64,000 nt of DNA, taken from the NCBI RefSeq assembly GCF_963921235.1, contig NC_086097.1, positions 91,390,001-91,454,000 of the forward strand. Direction: 5' to 3'. The stretch's first letter is position 1, and the number at the start of each line of letters is the position of its first letter. Both the position numbers and the translations under genes were made by a program. Under the pieces are notes generated by a model. The model searched no databases. It saw nothing but the letters and a program-made list of their open reading frames with translations, and had not been told where the DNA came from. This DNA comes from Mobula hypostoma (Eukaryota). Positions 49,960-63,224 of the stretch are shown here, piece after piece.

Positions 49960-52900
49960 AATCTCCTTTACTGAAATTTGGTTGAAAGAGGGGCAAGAAT
50001 GGATGATTAACGCACCACGTTTTCTCAGTTTTAGAAAAGATAGAGGAGGAGGAGGAGGTAAAAGAGGGGCGGAGGGAAGAGAAGTTGCACTACTAATTAG
50101 GGACAATATCACTGATGCAATCAGAGGAGATATATGGAGGGGTCAGACACTGAGTCCATTTGGGTGGAACTCAGGAAAAGGAAGGGTGCATTCACATTGG
50201 TACTACAGGCCCCCTAATAGTCACCAGGATATTAAGGAATGGATATGTAATCAGACTAATTGAAATGAGTGAAAATAATAGGGGGATTATCAACTTCCCT
50301 AATGTTATCATGGAGGATTTCAACTTCCCTAATATAAACTGAGACCTTCTTAGTGTAAGGGGTTTAGAAGGGGCAGGATTTGTTAAGTGTCTCCAGGAAG
50401 TTCTTTTTAAATCAATATGTGGACAGTCCAATGAAAGGAGGGGCCATACTGGACCTGGTGTTGGGTAATGAGCCTGGCTAGGGTGACTGACCTTTCAGTG
50501 GGTGAACAGTTAGGGAACCGTGGCCACAACTCCTTAACTTTCAGGATAGCCATAGATAAGGATAGGTATGGTCCTTGTGGGTGAGTTTTAAGTTGGAGTA
50601 GGGCAAATTATGAGGGCATTAAGCAGGAACACTGAAGTGTTAACTGAGAAATCTTTGTCTCTGGCAAGTCCACACTGGACATGTGGAGGGTGTTTCATGG
50701 TCAATTGCACAGTGTACAGGAAAAGTATGCTCCTGTCAGAAGGCAGGTCGAGGATGGAAAGATAAGAGAACCTTGGATGTCAGAGAGGTGAAGCATTTGG
50801 TCAAGAATAAAAAGGAAAAGTATGTAAAGCTTTGGAAGTCAGGATCAAATGAAGCGCATGATGAGTAGAAAGAAGCTAGAAAAGAACTAAAAAAGGGAAT
50901 TAGAAAAGTGAGGAAGGGCATGAAAGTCCTTGGCAAGTATGATGAAGGCAAATCCCAAGGCATTCTCTACATACATTAGGAGCAAGAGGAAAATTAGGGA
51001 AGAGGGTAGGACCATTCAATGATAAAGGGGGATACATTTGCTTGGATGCAGAGAATGTGAGTGAGGTACTAAATGAGTACTTTGCTTCAGTGTTTACCAA
51101 GAAAAAGGATATGGTGGACCAGGAGATCAGTGCTGAGCATATAAATACATTAGGGTGTTTAGCAGCCAAAGAGGAGGAAGTGCTGGACTTCCTAAAGAGC
51201 ATTAAGGTGGATCAGTGCCCAGGTCCTGATGGGATTTAACCCATTACTGAATGAGGCAGGAGTCGAGATTGCTGGGGCTTTTACCAGAATCTTCATGTTC
51301 TCAAACCTATGTAATACAAACATCTATGTCAGGAAGCTGTTCATTGACTATAGCTCGGTGTTTAACACCATCATCCCCACAGTCCTGATCAGTAAGCTAC
51401 AGAACCTTGGCTTCTGTACCTCCCTCTGCAATTGGATCCTCAGTTTCCTAACTGGAAGACCACAATCTGTGTGGAATGGTGATATCTCCTCCTTGCTGAC
51501 AATCAACACTGGCACACCTCAAGGGTGTGCGTTTAGCCCACTGCTCTACTCTCCCTATACCCATGACTGTGTGGCTAGGTATAGCACAAATTCCATCTAT
51601 TAATTTGCTGATGATACAACCATTGTTGTTTGAATCTTGGATGAAGATGAGAGGGCATACAGGAGGAAGATATACCAGTTAGTGGAGTGGTGTCGCAGCA
51701 ACAAACTTGCCCTCAACATCAGTAAGACGAAAGAGCTGATTGTGGTATTCAAGAAGGGTAAGACCAGGTAATATGAGTCAATCCTCACTGAAGGATCAGA
51801 AGTGGGGAGAGTGAGCGATTTCAAGTTCCTGGGTGTCAAGGTCTCTGATGATCTAACCTGGTCCCAATATATGGATACAGCTATAAAGAAGGCAAGACAA
51901 TAGCTATATTTCATGAGGAGTTTGAATAGATTTGGATTGTCACCTAAAACTCTCAAAAACTTCTATAGAAGTACCATGGAGAGCATTCTGACTGGCTGCA
52001 TCACTGTCTGGTACGGGGCTGGGGGCGGGGGTCACTACTGCACAGGACTGAAAGAAGCTACAGAAAGTTGTAAAATTAGTCAGCTCCACCTTGGGTACTA
52101 GCTTCCATAGTATCCAAGACATTTTCAAGGAGCGATGCTTCAGAAAGGCGGCTTCCATCATTAAGGACCCCTATTGCCCAGGAATACCCTCTTCTCATTG
52201 TTACCATCTGGAAGGAGATACTGAAGCCTGAAGGGACACAGCAATTCAGGAACAGCATCTTCCCCTCTGCCATCCGATTCCTAGATGGATATTGAACCCA
52301 TGAGCACTACCTCACTTTTTTTAATATATATTATTTCTGTTCTGCTCCATTTTTAATCTAACTATTTAATATATATATAACTGTAATTGATTTACTTCGG
52401 TTTTTTCTTTCTATATTATCATTTATTGTATTGTACTACTGCAGCTAAGTTAACAAATTTCACAACACAAGCCAATGATAAAAAACCTGATCCTGATTCC
52501 TCTAACCACAGGCAAGGTCCCAGATGACTAGCAGGTGGCCAATGTTTTACCTCTATTTGAGAAAGGAGCAAGGGAAAATCCTGAGAACTGAAGACTGGTG
52601 AGTCTCATGTCAGTTGTAGGGTAATTGCTGGAGAAAATTCTTAGGGATAGGATATATGAGCATTTAGAAACTGATGGCCAAATTAAAGAGAGCCAGCATG
52701 GCTTTGGAATGGGCAGGTCGTATCTTACCAACTTGATTATTTGACATGGCGACGAGAGAGATTGATGAGAGTAGGACAGTGGATGTTGTCTACATGGATT
52801 TTAGTAAGGTGTTCAACAAAGTCCCTCATGCGAGGTTAATCCAGAAGATTAAAATGCATGGGGTCTGCAGCAAATTGGTTGTCTGGATTCATAGAAGACA

Positions 52901-53765
52901 GAGGGTAGTGGTTAAAGGGACTTACTCAAACTGCAGGTCAGTAATTAGTGAAGTTCTGCAGAGAACTGTGCTGGGACCTCTGCTGTTTGTAATGTATATA
53001 AATGACCTGGATGAAAATGTAGATGGGGGGGTTAGTAAGTATGCAGATGATACCAAGAATGGTGGAGCTGTGGACAGCGTAGAAGACTGACAAAGAATAC
53101 AGCGTGATATAGATCAGTTGCGGATTTGGGCAGAGGAAAGGTAGATTTAACTCAGATAAGTATGAGGTTTTGCACCATGATAAGGCAAATGCAAGGAGAC
53201 AGTACACTGTTAAGGGCAAGATCTTTAAGAGTGTTGCTGCACAGAGCAATCTTGGGATCCAGGTTCATAGCTCCTTGAAAGTGGTTGATAAGGCGGTTAA
53301 GAAGTTATTAGTTAAGGCATTGAGTTCAAAAGTCAAGAGGTTATGTTGCAACTTTATAAAACTCTGGTTAGGCCACTTCTGGCATATTGCATGCAGTTCT
53401 AGTTGCCCCACTATAGAAAGGATGTTGAGGCTTTGGAGATGGTGTAGAAGAGGTTTACCAGGATGCTGACTGGTTTATATGGCCTGTGCTATCATGAGAG
53501 GCTGGATAAACTTGAGCAAAGTGAGGAGTAAGTTTTCGCTCAGAGAATTGTGGATGCCTGGAATGCACTGCCTGTTATAGTGCTAGAAGCAAATACATTA
53601 GATTCTTTTAAGAGACATTTGGATAGGGACATGGATGTAAGAAAGATGGAGGGATATGGATATTTGGTAGGTAGGGAGATGTTCTTGAATTGATTTTTAG
53701 CTGATTTAGCACAACATTGTGGGCTGAATGGCCTGTTTCTGTGCTGTACTGTTCTATGTTCTATG
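49960..53765 (+). mobile_element. CR1 ORF2 (APE + RT), decayed, interrupted by Rex1
   Basis: TEIWL, YYRPP, MEDFN, LNEYFASVFT, YMDFSK, KYADDTK; tgttctatgttctatg tail. Confidence 0.9.
51302..52500 (+). mobile_element. Rex1 LINE, 5'-truncated, nested in CR1
   Basis: [37 protein letters not shown]; cctgatcctgattc tail. Confidence 0.9.
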
Positions 53766-54802
53766 GTCTACATAGCAGCCGGATCAGCCCATACATATCT
53801 TATCTACTGACCATTGGACATGGTCAGTCAAATCTGCTCTCTGACTCTTCAGGGATGTACCTACAACACATCTTGGTTGGGAGGTAAGTTGCTACTACTT
53901 TTTATCAGGGCTTCTGTGCGTTCCCAACAAATGGATTTAAGATTGTCCATATCATCTTAAATGCTCTTTCTCCCTTGAGTGGTCACCAGTACAAAAGCCT
54001 GATCAGCCACCTCAGAACCTACCAAAGTTCTGAGTGGAAGCAAGTCATCTTTGACTACAAGGGATGACTATGGATGAAAAGGACACAAGAGAGGACACTC
54101 ACTTTAAATAGTCCCCCAAGAGAAAAAATTGAAACTTTTGCATAGCATCCCGACAGAAAGTTGGCAGTTCTGACAGTGCAACTTCTTTTATCATTTGCTG
54201 TGTTAACTCCATTCGAGTGGAGTACTTGAGTCCCATAAATTAGGCTCAACTCACAACACATTTTGTTTGTTAACTTGGGTCTAAAAACCACCTGGAAGTT
54301 GGCAGCACAGGATGATGCAAATCAGGAACTAATTATTGGAGCATACCTGTAGGTTTCAGAGACTTAAGGGAGGGAGCCCTGAAAAAAGGTGTCAATTAAT
54401 GGCATTGAAGTACAACTGAAGCATGTTAAATTATTTATGTGTGTGTCTAAAAGCTACTCATGCTAATCCTATTTCTCAATTCTAACCTGTAGCCTTGCAT
54501 GTTGAGCACATCAAGCTATTTAAGTGATCACGGCCTCTCCCAATGTTATGCACCTTGATTACTCTTTCACAACACACTGGAGGAACTCAGCAGGTCGGGC
54601 AGCATCCATGGAATTGATTACTCTTTCCCCTTGCCACTCACTATTGGCATTGCTAATCTTTCTTTCAAAACAGACTTTTCAAACTCCTCTGTATGTCTTT
54701 GAGAACATCAGATGCTATCCTGCATTCAGCTCTTCAAGCCTACTCAGCTATTCAGATGTGATGGTTGACCACATATCTTGACACAGTTTTACTTTATAAA
54801 TG

Positions 54803-55230
54803 CAAGAAATTCCGCAGATGCTGGAAATCCAAAGTGACGCACACAAAGTGCTGGAGGAACTCGGTAGATCAGGCAGCATCTATGGTAATGAATAAGTAGT
54901 TGGTGTTTTGGTCCGAGATCCTTCATCAGGACTGGAAAGGAAGAGGAAAGACATCAGAATAAAAGGGTGGTGGGGGTGGAGGTAAGATAGATAGCTAGAA
55001 GGTGATAGGTGAAACCAGGTGGGCAGGAAAGATAAAGAGCTGCAGAAAAAAGAATCTGATAGGAGAGGATATGGACCACAGGAGAAAGGGAAGGAGGAGG
55101 GGACCTCATGGGAGCTTATAGGCAGGTGAAGAGGTATGAAGCTGGAGTGGGAAATAGAAGAAGAGGGTAGGGGGAGGGATTTTTTTTAACCCAGAAGAAG
55201 AAATTGATATTCCATTAGGTCAGAGGCTAT
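54803..55230 (-). mobile_element. PLE pseudo-LTR, solo and old
   Basis: gcagatgctggaaatcc end; ccttcatcaggact hammerhead remnant at about 54897-54932. Confidence 0.75.
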
Positions 55231-56231
55231 TTTACAATTTTACTTTGCAATTCTTGCTCTTGTAGTCAACCATCAAAAAACAACCTTCTATCTGCCGCCT
55301 TGATGACGTCAAACATCCATCTCGTTACTTCCATGGACATGAAGGGGTACCCTCAAAGTTCCTTCTGCATCTCCATACTTTTCAGAGTGTTGTGTATTCA
55401 TTTGTTTTCCCACTCCAAATATATTCTTAATGGAACATCGAATAGTACAGCACAGGAACAGGGTCTTCTTTCCATGGTGTCTGTGCTAATCATGTTTCAA
55501 ATTTAAAATGCATATTTGCCTGCACATGGTCTATATCCTTCATCCCTGCCTGTTCATGTTTCTGTTTAAATACCTCTTAAGCTTTGCTGTAATATCTGTG
55601 TGGGTGGCGGGGTGGAGATACAATCTCTACCAAAGGACACCCTTGGGAAAGGTATAACTCTTGCTTAGCCCCCAGATCAGGGTAATGTGAAGCTATGGGG
55701 GCAGGTGGTGGGTAGTCGTATGGGAGTACATCACAGCACATAACAATGATGATGATCATATCTGCTTCCACCACGTTCCAAGCACTTACCACTTTCTCCT
55801 GAAAAAATACTTGCTGTGTAAATCTCCTTTAAGCTTTTCCCCCTTGCACCTTAAATCTGTGTCTTCCTTGTCCAGATAAAACTCCTTCTGCCATTGCTGC
55901 ACTCACATTTCAAAAGGGTCGATATCCTGCCTGCCTTAATTCAACTCCAGTTGATAGTTCTCTGTCAATCTAGCCTGTGCACTGGCACCTTCCTGCAACT
56001 TGTGTCTAAAGGATGGAACAGTTTTCACATTTCTGCATTGGTGACTGGAAATTTGCTGAGATAGATGCTGACTATGATAGAACGAATTTCAGAAACCTGT
56101 AGTAAGGTACAAGTGGTCATGTTAGGTAACTGTTTAACCTTACCATTGTAAAATTAAACCTCCCCCACCATTGCTATGAAACACCCACTACACCCACCCT
56201 TCTGCACAAGAAGGCTAATAAACAGTTGTAT

Positions 56232-56530
56232 TTAATGTAATGTAATGGCTCCGTCTGTCTAAGTAGACAATGGATGCGCCTGCTCCGAGACACAGACCTG
56301 GGCGATGAATATGGAGATCCTGGGCTGCCCAGACATCAAGATCCCCCTCTCGGCCTCGCAGATGTGGTCCAAAGGAATGCAAAGCAGTACATTTGGCATC
56401 AGCTTGGCTGCAGGAGCTGCCGGGAGGTGGCGTGATACGTCATCCAACCGCCTTAGGGGCTTCACTCCGGATTTGTGTAGGGTTTACTCCTTAGCCTTCT
56501 CTTCTCCCGAAGATACCCACAAGGCAGTGG
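56232..56530 (-). mobile_element. Bipartite RTE-like non-autonomous element
   Basis: Collinear similarity to the tail of the SINE at 30980-31298; 3' end ggcgcatccattgtct...gacagacggagcc followed by (ATTAC)n. Confidence 0.65.
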
Positions 56531-57329
56531 GATCTGTAACCCTGGATAGGGGCCCATACCGGGTACTGTCAGCCGGAGCCAACTGAGCCCAGGACTCGTG
56601 TAAGGCAGGGTCGTCACGGCCTGTAGTAATGACATATGGAGCCAATACCCACTACCTATTGTATTTACTCCATAGATAAAAAGTTTACTTGTGAAAGTTA
56701 TTGTCCTAGTTCATGCCATAAGGAACAGTGAGTTCTGTACTAATATGGAACATGGCATCCCATTGAACAACAAATTCGTGGACCCCTACCTACAGCTGGT
56801 AAATTATCCTTTCATTGTAGCATATTTCCTTGCTTTTCCTTTTCATTTCTCTTGGGAAGGGAAAAAGATTTAGCTATTTCTTTCTGCATGTAATTTAGTC
56901 TAGTCCTTTCTTTGTGCTTAAATGCTATTACCTAAGAATTACTGCAAGAGATTGTGGCTTTAAGTCTTGAAGGTAGAGAGAGCCCACATGGCATGCCGCA
57001 AATATTGTATTCCAGCTTGCAAACAAACAATATGGTCAATAGTTAAAGAGGCTAGCATTTGCCGCATTTTAACTCTGCATATATGGAAGAAACTCCCACA
57101 GGCTCAGCGTTTCAGCTGCCTTAAGCTGGTCAGGTACAGGAAGAACAATGAATTGTTGCTAACTGCAGCTTTTCCAAATATATTTAGCCTCTCAAGTGGG
57201 TTTTTTTCTGACTCAGGGGAGGTACTGCTGTACTGCTGCCTGGTAACCCGTATCAAATAGGCACACAACATGCAAGCACGCCTACATATCTGAGTAAACA
57301 GAGCCAGCATCAAGTGCTGTGTCAGTCAT

Positions 57330-57565
57330 ATGCCATTGTTTCTTCTGCACCACCCACATGTATAAACTCTGGCCCCAGCATCAGACCAACAGGTCTGTCT
57401 TGTCTTGTCCATACTGCGCCAACCACCGCCGCTGGGCTATCAACATGCAGGAGCAATGTGTGGTTAAGTGCCTTGCTCAAGGACACAACACGCTGCCTCG
57501 GCTGAGGCTCAAACTCGCTACCTTCAGATCACTAGTCCAACGCCTTAACCACTTGGCCACGCACC
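57330..57565 (-). mobile_element. tRNA/CORE-like SINE, same head as 30980-31298 but a different tail
   Basis: 57455-57562 is nearly identical to 31183-31292; the downstream sequence is unrelated. Confidence 0.7.
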
Positions 57566-57949
57566 AACACAGATGATGCCAGTGTAAGAGTTCTCATGTT
57601 TGTGGAGGTAGTGAATGGAACTCCATCTAATTAGACTCAATTCATGCCAACTTAAGAAGAAAACAAGCACATTTCAACCCTGCTGCCAAGCAGTTCAGAT
57701 TGGCATTTAAAGTGTGGATCCTCTCACTCACCCAGCTCTCCCTCAGAACTCGTACAGACCCTGGTACAAACCCAGCCTCCTACCTCCTACCCTGTCATAA
57801 ACTCACAGCAATCATTGATGTGCACCACACACTAATCTTACACAATTATATGGAATATCTAGCCTCACACATCCCATAACTAGCCATCACTCCTTAGCCA
57901 CATCTTTGCCTGGACTACCTGTAAAACATCCTGACCATCAAATCCAACC

Positions 57950-58080
57950 CAAACAAGAGAAAATCTGCAGATGCTGGAAATCTGAGCAACGCACACGAAA
58001 TGCTGAAGGAACTCAGCAGGCCAGGCAGCATTTATGGAAAAGAGTACAGTCGGCGTTTTAGGCCGAAACCCTTTGGCAGG
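57950..58080 (-). mobile_element. PLE pseudo-LTR 3' end fragment
   Basis: aaaatctgcagatgctggaaa...cagtcggcgttttaggccgaaaccc. Confidence 0.75.
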
Positions 58081-59077
58081 GCTCCCAACCACAGATCACC
58101 CACCAGCTACCAGCCACACTCTGACTAGCCATTATCCACTCGTAACAGTCTTGCCCTGACTATAAGTATTATACCACCCTGACCACCATCATCGCCCACG
58201 ATCTCTGATTGAGGGGATTTCCAGTTGACGGGTTCTAGTTGAAGTATGCAATTGCAGCCATAGGTGGAGATCGATTGTTGAGAGGTACAATCACTATCAA
58301 ATGCTGATTGTGTGGTGTGACACTGTCAGATCCCCAGTGAGATCATTACTGGATCCCTAGCTGAGGGGTGCATTCACTCTCCGATTACCAGTTGTGGAGA
58401 AAAATCACCAGCAGGTCACCATTAGGGGTGCAGTCATGACAGGATCACAAATGCATTGCCAGTTAAGAGGTATATAACTATCAGATGACCAAAAGAGGAA
58501 TGCTATCACTGTTAGATTGCTAGCTGAGGACTGCAGACATATTGTCAGTGTTCGTTGATGGCTTTCAATCACTGCTGTGGAACACACGAGTTGGGGGTGC
58601 AATAGCTGGTTTTGCTGTCAGCTCTAACTGCATCGAAAGCACTGCAACACCCTATTCCACAGCAACAGTCTGCCTCCTAGACGCAGCAAAATCTTTGACA
58701 AATGCGTCCTCCACTCAGATTAGAGAGGGATGCCTCTCCCTCTGTAACATTCACATGGTTCTTGCGTCAGGTAATTAATAAAGCGCTTGGAGCCAATGTT
58801 CCCAATTCTGGCTGAACATATTTTTTTTAATGTTTTGCATAATTTTATCATAATTGACAGTGTCCTTGACTGACCCTCTGCAAGTCATACAAAAGCCATT
58901 TGATACAGAGGCAGAGCAGAGGAGGGAAAATATTACATACATTTATGAAATATCATTTGATTAATATTCTCTCCAGATTTAAACATCAGGGCATCACAGC
59001 TTTATTTAAAACAGATTTAATGCATAATTAGGCATTATATCTGTCAAAGGGGTCCAGCCTTGCTACAGGGATCCCAG

Positions 59078-59156
59078 TATAAAAAGCTAGGCTCGTGCCT
59101 TGTGCTGAGAGCTGCACAGTCAGAGTGGTTCTCTTAGATAAGACAGTGAGGTAAAT
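59078..59156 (+). promoter_or_regulatory. Candidate TATA box, short first exon and splice donor
   Basis: TATAAAAAG at 59078 in non-repeat sequence; GAG|GTAAAT at 59151; motif evidence only. Confidence 0.3.
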
Positions 59157-59264
59157 TGTGTGAGATCTCGGTCATCCTTTGTGCTCATTCTTCATGTTAT
59201 TCCTGCAGCCACCCTGCTGCAGGCCTCAACATTGCTCCAGCCCCTCGGGATCGAATGCTATTCT

Positions 59265-60145
59265 GGTTATAGAGTCATCCAGCCTTTATCAGGATGGAAA
59301 GGAAGGGGGAAGAAGTCAGAATAAGAAGGGTGGGGGAGGGGAGGAAGATGTACCCGGTGGCAGGTGATGGGTGAAACTAGGAGAGGGGGAGTGAAGTAAA
59401 GAGCTGGGAAGTTGATTAATGAAGGAGATAAAGGGTTAGAGAAGTGGGAATCTGTTAGGAGAGGACAGAAGGCCATGGAAGAAAAGGAAGGGGGAGGAGG
59501 GAGATGATGGACAGTTAAGAAGAGAAGGTGTGCGAGGGAAACATAAATGGGGAAAGAGAGGAGAGCAATTACTGGAAGTTTGAGAAATCAATGTTCATGA
59601 CACCAGATTGGAGGCTAGCCAGGCGGAATATAAGGTGTTGTTCCTCCAATCTGACTGTGGCCTCATTGTGGCTGTAGAGGAGGTCATGGACTGACATGTC
59701 TGAATGGGAATGGGAAGTGGAATTAAAATGGGTAGCCATCGGGAAATCCCACATTCCTGGTGGACAGAGTGAAGGTGCTCAGAGAAGTGCTCCCCCAGTT
59801 TATGCACTGTCTTACCAATATACAGGAGGCGATACTGGGAGCACTGGATACAGTAGATGATCCCAACAGTCTCGCAGGTGAGGTGTTGCCTTATCTGGAA
59901 GGACTATTTGGGGTCCCAAATGGTAGTGAGGGAGGAGGTGTAGGGGCAGGTGTAGCACTCGTTTCACTTGCAAGGATGAGTGACAGGAGGGAGATCAGTG
60001 GGGAGGGATGAGGAACAAGGGAGTCAAGTGGGGAGTAATCCTTGTGGGAAGCAGAAAGTGTTGGGGGAGGGGGAAGATATGCTTGGTGGTGGGACCACAA
60101 TGGAGATGGCGGAAGTTATGAAGAATTATGTGCTGGGCGCAAAGG
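59265..60145 (-). mobile_element. Older Penelope-like element 3' part
   Basis: ATHFNSTSHSHSDMS...RLEEQHLIFRL...MNIDFSNF followed by a pseudo-LTR. Confidence 0.85.
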
Positions 60146-60199
60146 CTTGTGTTGAGGGAGATGGGGGTTGGGGGGGGGGGGAGAGAGAGAGAGAGATGT

Positions 60200-61968
60200 G
60201 GCAAACAGTCCAAACCCATCATGTTATATCCTGAGAAAGTAGCTAGAGTGACAGGAAACCCCAAATTATTCCCCCGAATGTCCAATGCAAGGCTCTCCTG
60301 ATGGTTGTTCTGGAGGATCATGAAGAAAAGTTATGCTTACCACCTGGAGTGCTGGTGAGACACGAACTGCAAAAACTTTTGGCTGTCCACACAAACAGGA
60401 TGACTGTGATGGTTAGGAATACCTCAGAGAGAGATGTGGGGTGCCGATGTCACATCTTTTCCCTGTGACAGTAATATCTAGTTTACCAGTGAGAAAACCG
60501 GAAGAGAGTCAGTTTCCTGGATCAGAAAAGTTAACTGCAAAGTCATTCAACTTTGGAGGCTCCCCGGTACCTGAGGAATGGAAAAGGAGACTAACTGAAA
60601 AGATGTTGAAACTCAAAGATGTCTTTTCTACTGGCGAGTTCCATGTTGGATGCTCCAACAGTACTCACCACTCTGTTAGAGTGACGGAGGACACCCTAGT
60701 CTGAGGGAGATCTCGCTTGTTGGCACCAGTGGAAGTTGAATATGTTCAACAGCACCAGTTTAAACTGCGCTCCAATGTAATTGGGGATGAAGCTGAGTTC
60801 AGTCAGGCGGCAAGGTGTCCTGAGTCACTGGGAGGTACGAGAGATAGACAGGGAGAGGTAGCTCCAAATAAACAGGAACAGTCACAAGGAGCGCCTGAGT
60901 CTGAAGAAGCTGAAGATGAGATAAGAACGTCTCAGAGAGTCAGGAAACCCCCAGATCGACTGGCATATGATGCACTGGGGAAACAGAACATTGAATCCAT
61001 CCCATAGTGAGTTATGTTACTTCTATTTGCAAATGGATTGGGGCTCCTGAAATCAAAATTAATTTAAATGCTTTGTTATTAATCATAGTTTAATAAATTC
61101 CATAGTTATGAGGACATGACTATTTTTGATGGGGAGGGGGGAGAATGTGATGCCTTGGTTAAGCTTTCTACTGCTGTGCTTTGAGGTATTTTAGTTTTGC
61201 ATTTTTCTGTAAAAGCAGTGTGTCCCGCTGGTAAGAGTGTTTTCGCTTCATCTAAAGATAAGGAACCATGTTGTCCAACTTAGGAAGGTTGAGTCACCCA
61301 ATCAGGATGTAGAGAAGGTTCCTAGAAAGCTGGGTAGGAAGAGATTTCTGAAGGACAGCAGACTGGTTTGGGGTCCTGTTGGCAGAGCTGCAGAGCGGAG
61401 CGCAAGGGAAGATGCCGCAGAATGCTGGTGGAAGGAGAGTCCCCGTTGCAAGAAGTGCTTTGTACAGATGAGTGGCTCCAAGGAAGAAGAGCCAATACTT
61501 CTGAGACAGCCAGTTCATTCGAGATGGTCTTTGAGGGAAATTTAGACTGGTGCTGGTGCTTTCACACAGACTGTGGGATCAGTACATGAGTAAAGCAATA
61601 CACCCCTGACTACTCCAGAAATGAGCTCCAATGTTTATGTGCACATTGGACTGGCTAACTGGTTTTATTTTTCTTTGCCTTTTTTCTGTAACTGTAAATT
61701 TGTTAAATAAATATTCTTTATAATTTTATGCACGTCATTTCTGGGCTACTGATAGCTGTGTATGGGCAGTGGTTACACAGTATTCACTAAGATCAAATTC
61801 CTTAATCGGAACATCCCAACATTGCTGTTTGGTTGAACCCCAAGTCATACTGATCCTAGACGTATATTACTCATGAAAGGTGGCCTTCTCATCGCTGAGT
61901 CATGTGGCTTTTGGCAGGGTCAGCTAACAAGCCAAGTTGGTGTACGAGCCCTGGTGAGCGGGTTGCAT
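60200..61968 (+). mobile_element. Gypsy LTR retrotransposon remnant (deleted pol plus 3' LTR)
   Basis: FNFGGSPVPEEWKRRL...DVFS.GEF.VG; RTSQRVRKPPDRLAY (integrase tail); PPT 61131-61145 then TGTGATG at 61146; right end uncertain. Confidence 0.75.
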
Positions 61969-62030
61969 ATAAATTGGAAGAACAGCATACCATCTTCTGT
62001 CTGGGCCTGCTATTATTTCAGGATGCAGTA

Positions 62031-63216
62031 CAGGTTGACCTTCCCTTATCCAAAATGCTTGGGGGCGGAAGTGTTTTGAATTTCAGAGTTTTTTTTTGGA
62101 TTTTGAATGTTTTTTATCTATATAACGAGAAAGGTCGAGGATGGAACCCTAACCTAAACATGAAATCCATTTACATTAGATAATCAGCTTATACAAATAC
62201 CCTGAAGATAGTTTTATAAAATATTTTTAATAATTTTGTGCACACAACAATAATTTTGTATCACTACACCGGCTGCCCAGCTGGACAGTCAGTGGCTATT
62301 TAGCATCACCATCATTCCCCACTCTGAATCCATATGCAACCAATAAGCAGTCTTTGATTTACACTTCCTCATCACACATATGTACTGATACAGCATTCTG
62401 TGTGTTAGATTTTCATCAGCGACAGTCTTGGCAAACTCATCAATGAATTTTTCTGCTGCTTTGTGATCAGCAGACGCCTTATCACCACGAACCTTTAAAA
62501 GTTTAATGTCGTGCTTTTTCTTAAATTTCTGTAACCAGCCTACTGAATATTCACAATTGCCTTCAATTTTCAGTTTGTTTGATAGATCTTTGCTTCTTTC
62601 ATGATCACATACAATTCACTCTGTCACTGACGAATCCATTCTTACAATATACAATCGAAATCTTCATTTTTCACTTTATGCAGTGTTTTTCCATTTTTCA
62701 TTAACTTCCGTTCATTACTGTCAGTATAGAACTTTAACAGTGCGTCCTTCTATCCCTTTGGGTCATAGATGGTGGTTGTTCCAAGACCATACTCTGTCAG
62801 GTGCTTCACACTTACACTGCTGTCAAGTTTTTCTAACAATTTGACTTTCTGTGTTATAGATAAACATAAATGCTTCCCCTTTTTCTTTGTACTATTATCC
62901 ATAGTGGGTAACTTCAGACCTTTTTGACATTTTCAACAATCTCTTCACAGCACAGAGCAGAGAATAAGCACAAAAAATATGGTAGCCACTGATTAATGCA
63001 CAAAGGTCTGTCTATAATGACAGCTGAAAACAAATTAGCATCAACAGAGCACCACACAGGGTATATGAGGTCACTTCTCAGAATCATCTGTTGTGTGCAG
63101 AGACCTGCATGTTGACTGGGAACCCTCCCAGCATACTAGGGAATTTCCCATTTGTGTTGTCAAGTCAACACAAAAAAAATCAGATTTTAGATTTTTGAAT
63201 ATGGGGTGCCTAACGC
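62031..63216 (-). mobile_element. Tigger/pogo DNA transposon, internally deleted
   Basis: TA + CAGGTTGA TIR; minus strand 62930->62395 KHLCLSITQKVKLLEKLDS...GTTTIYD...YSVGWLQKFKKKHDIK (CENP-B-type HTH domains); frameshifted. Confidence 0.85.
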
Positions 63217-63224
63217 AATTTTAA

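Noticed and set aside
56380..56530. HDV-like ribozyme in the RTE-like 5' region
   Set aside because: I could not build the nested double pseudoknot by eye; it needs a motif search
62395..62930. JRK/TIGD host gene
   Set aside because: Frameshifted, lacks the DDE domain and is flanked by TIRs
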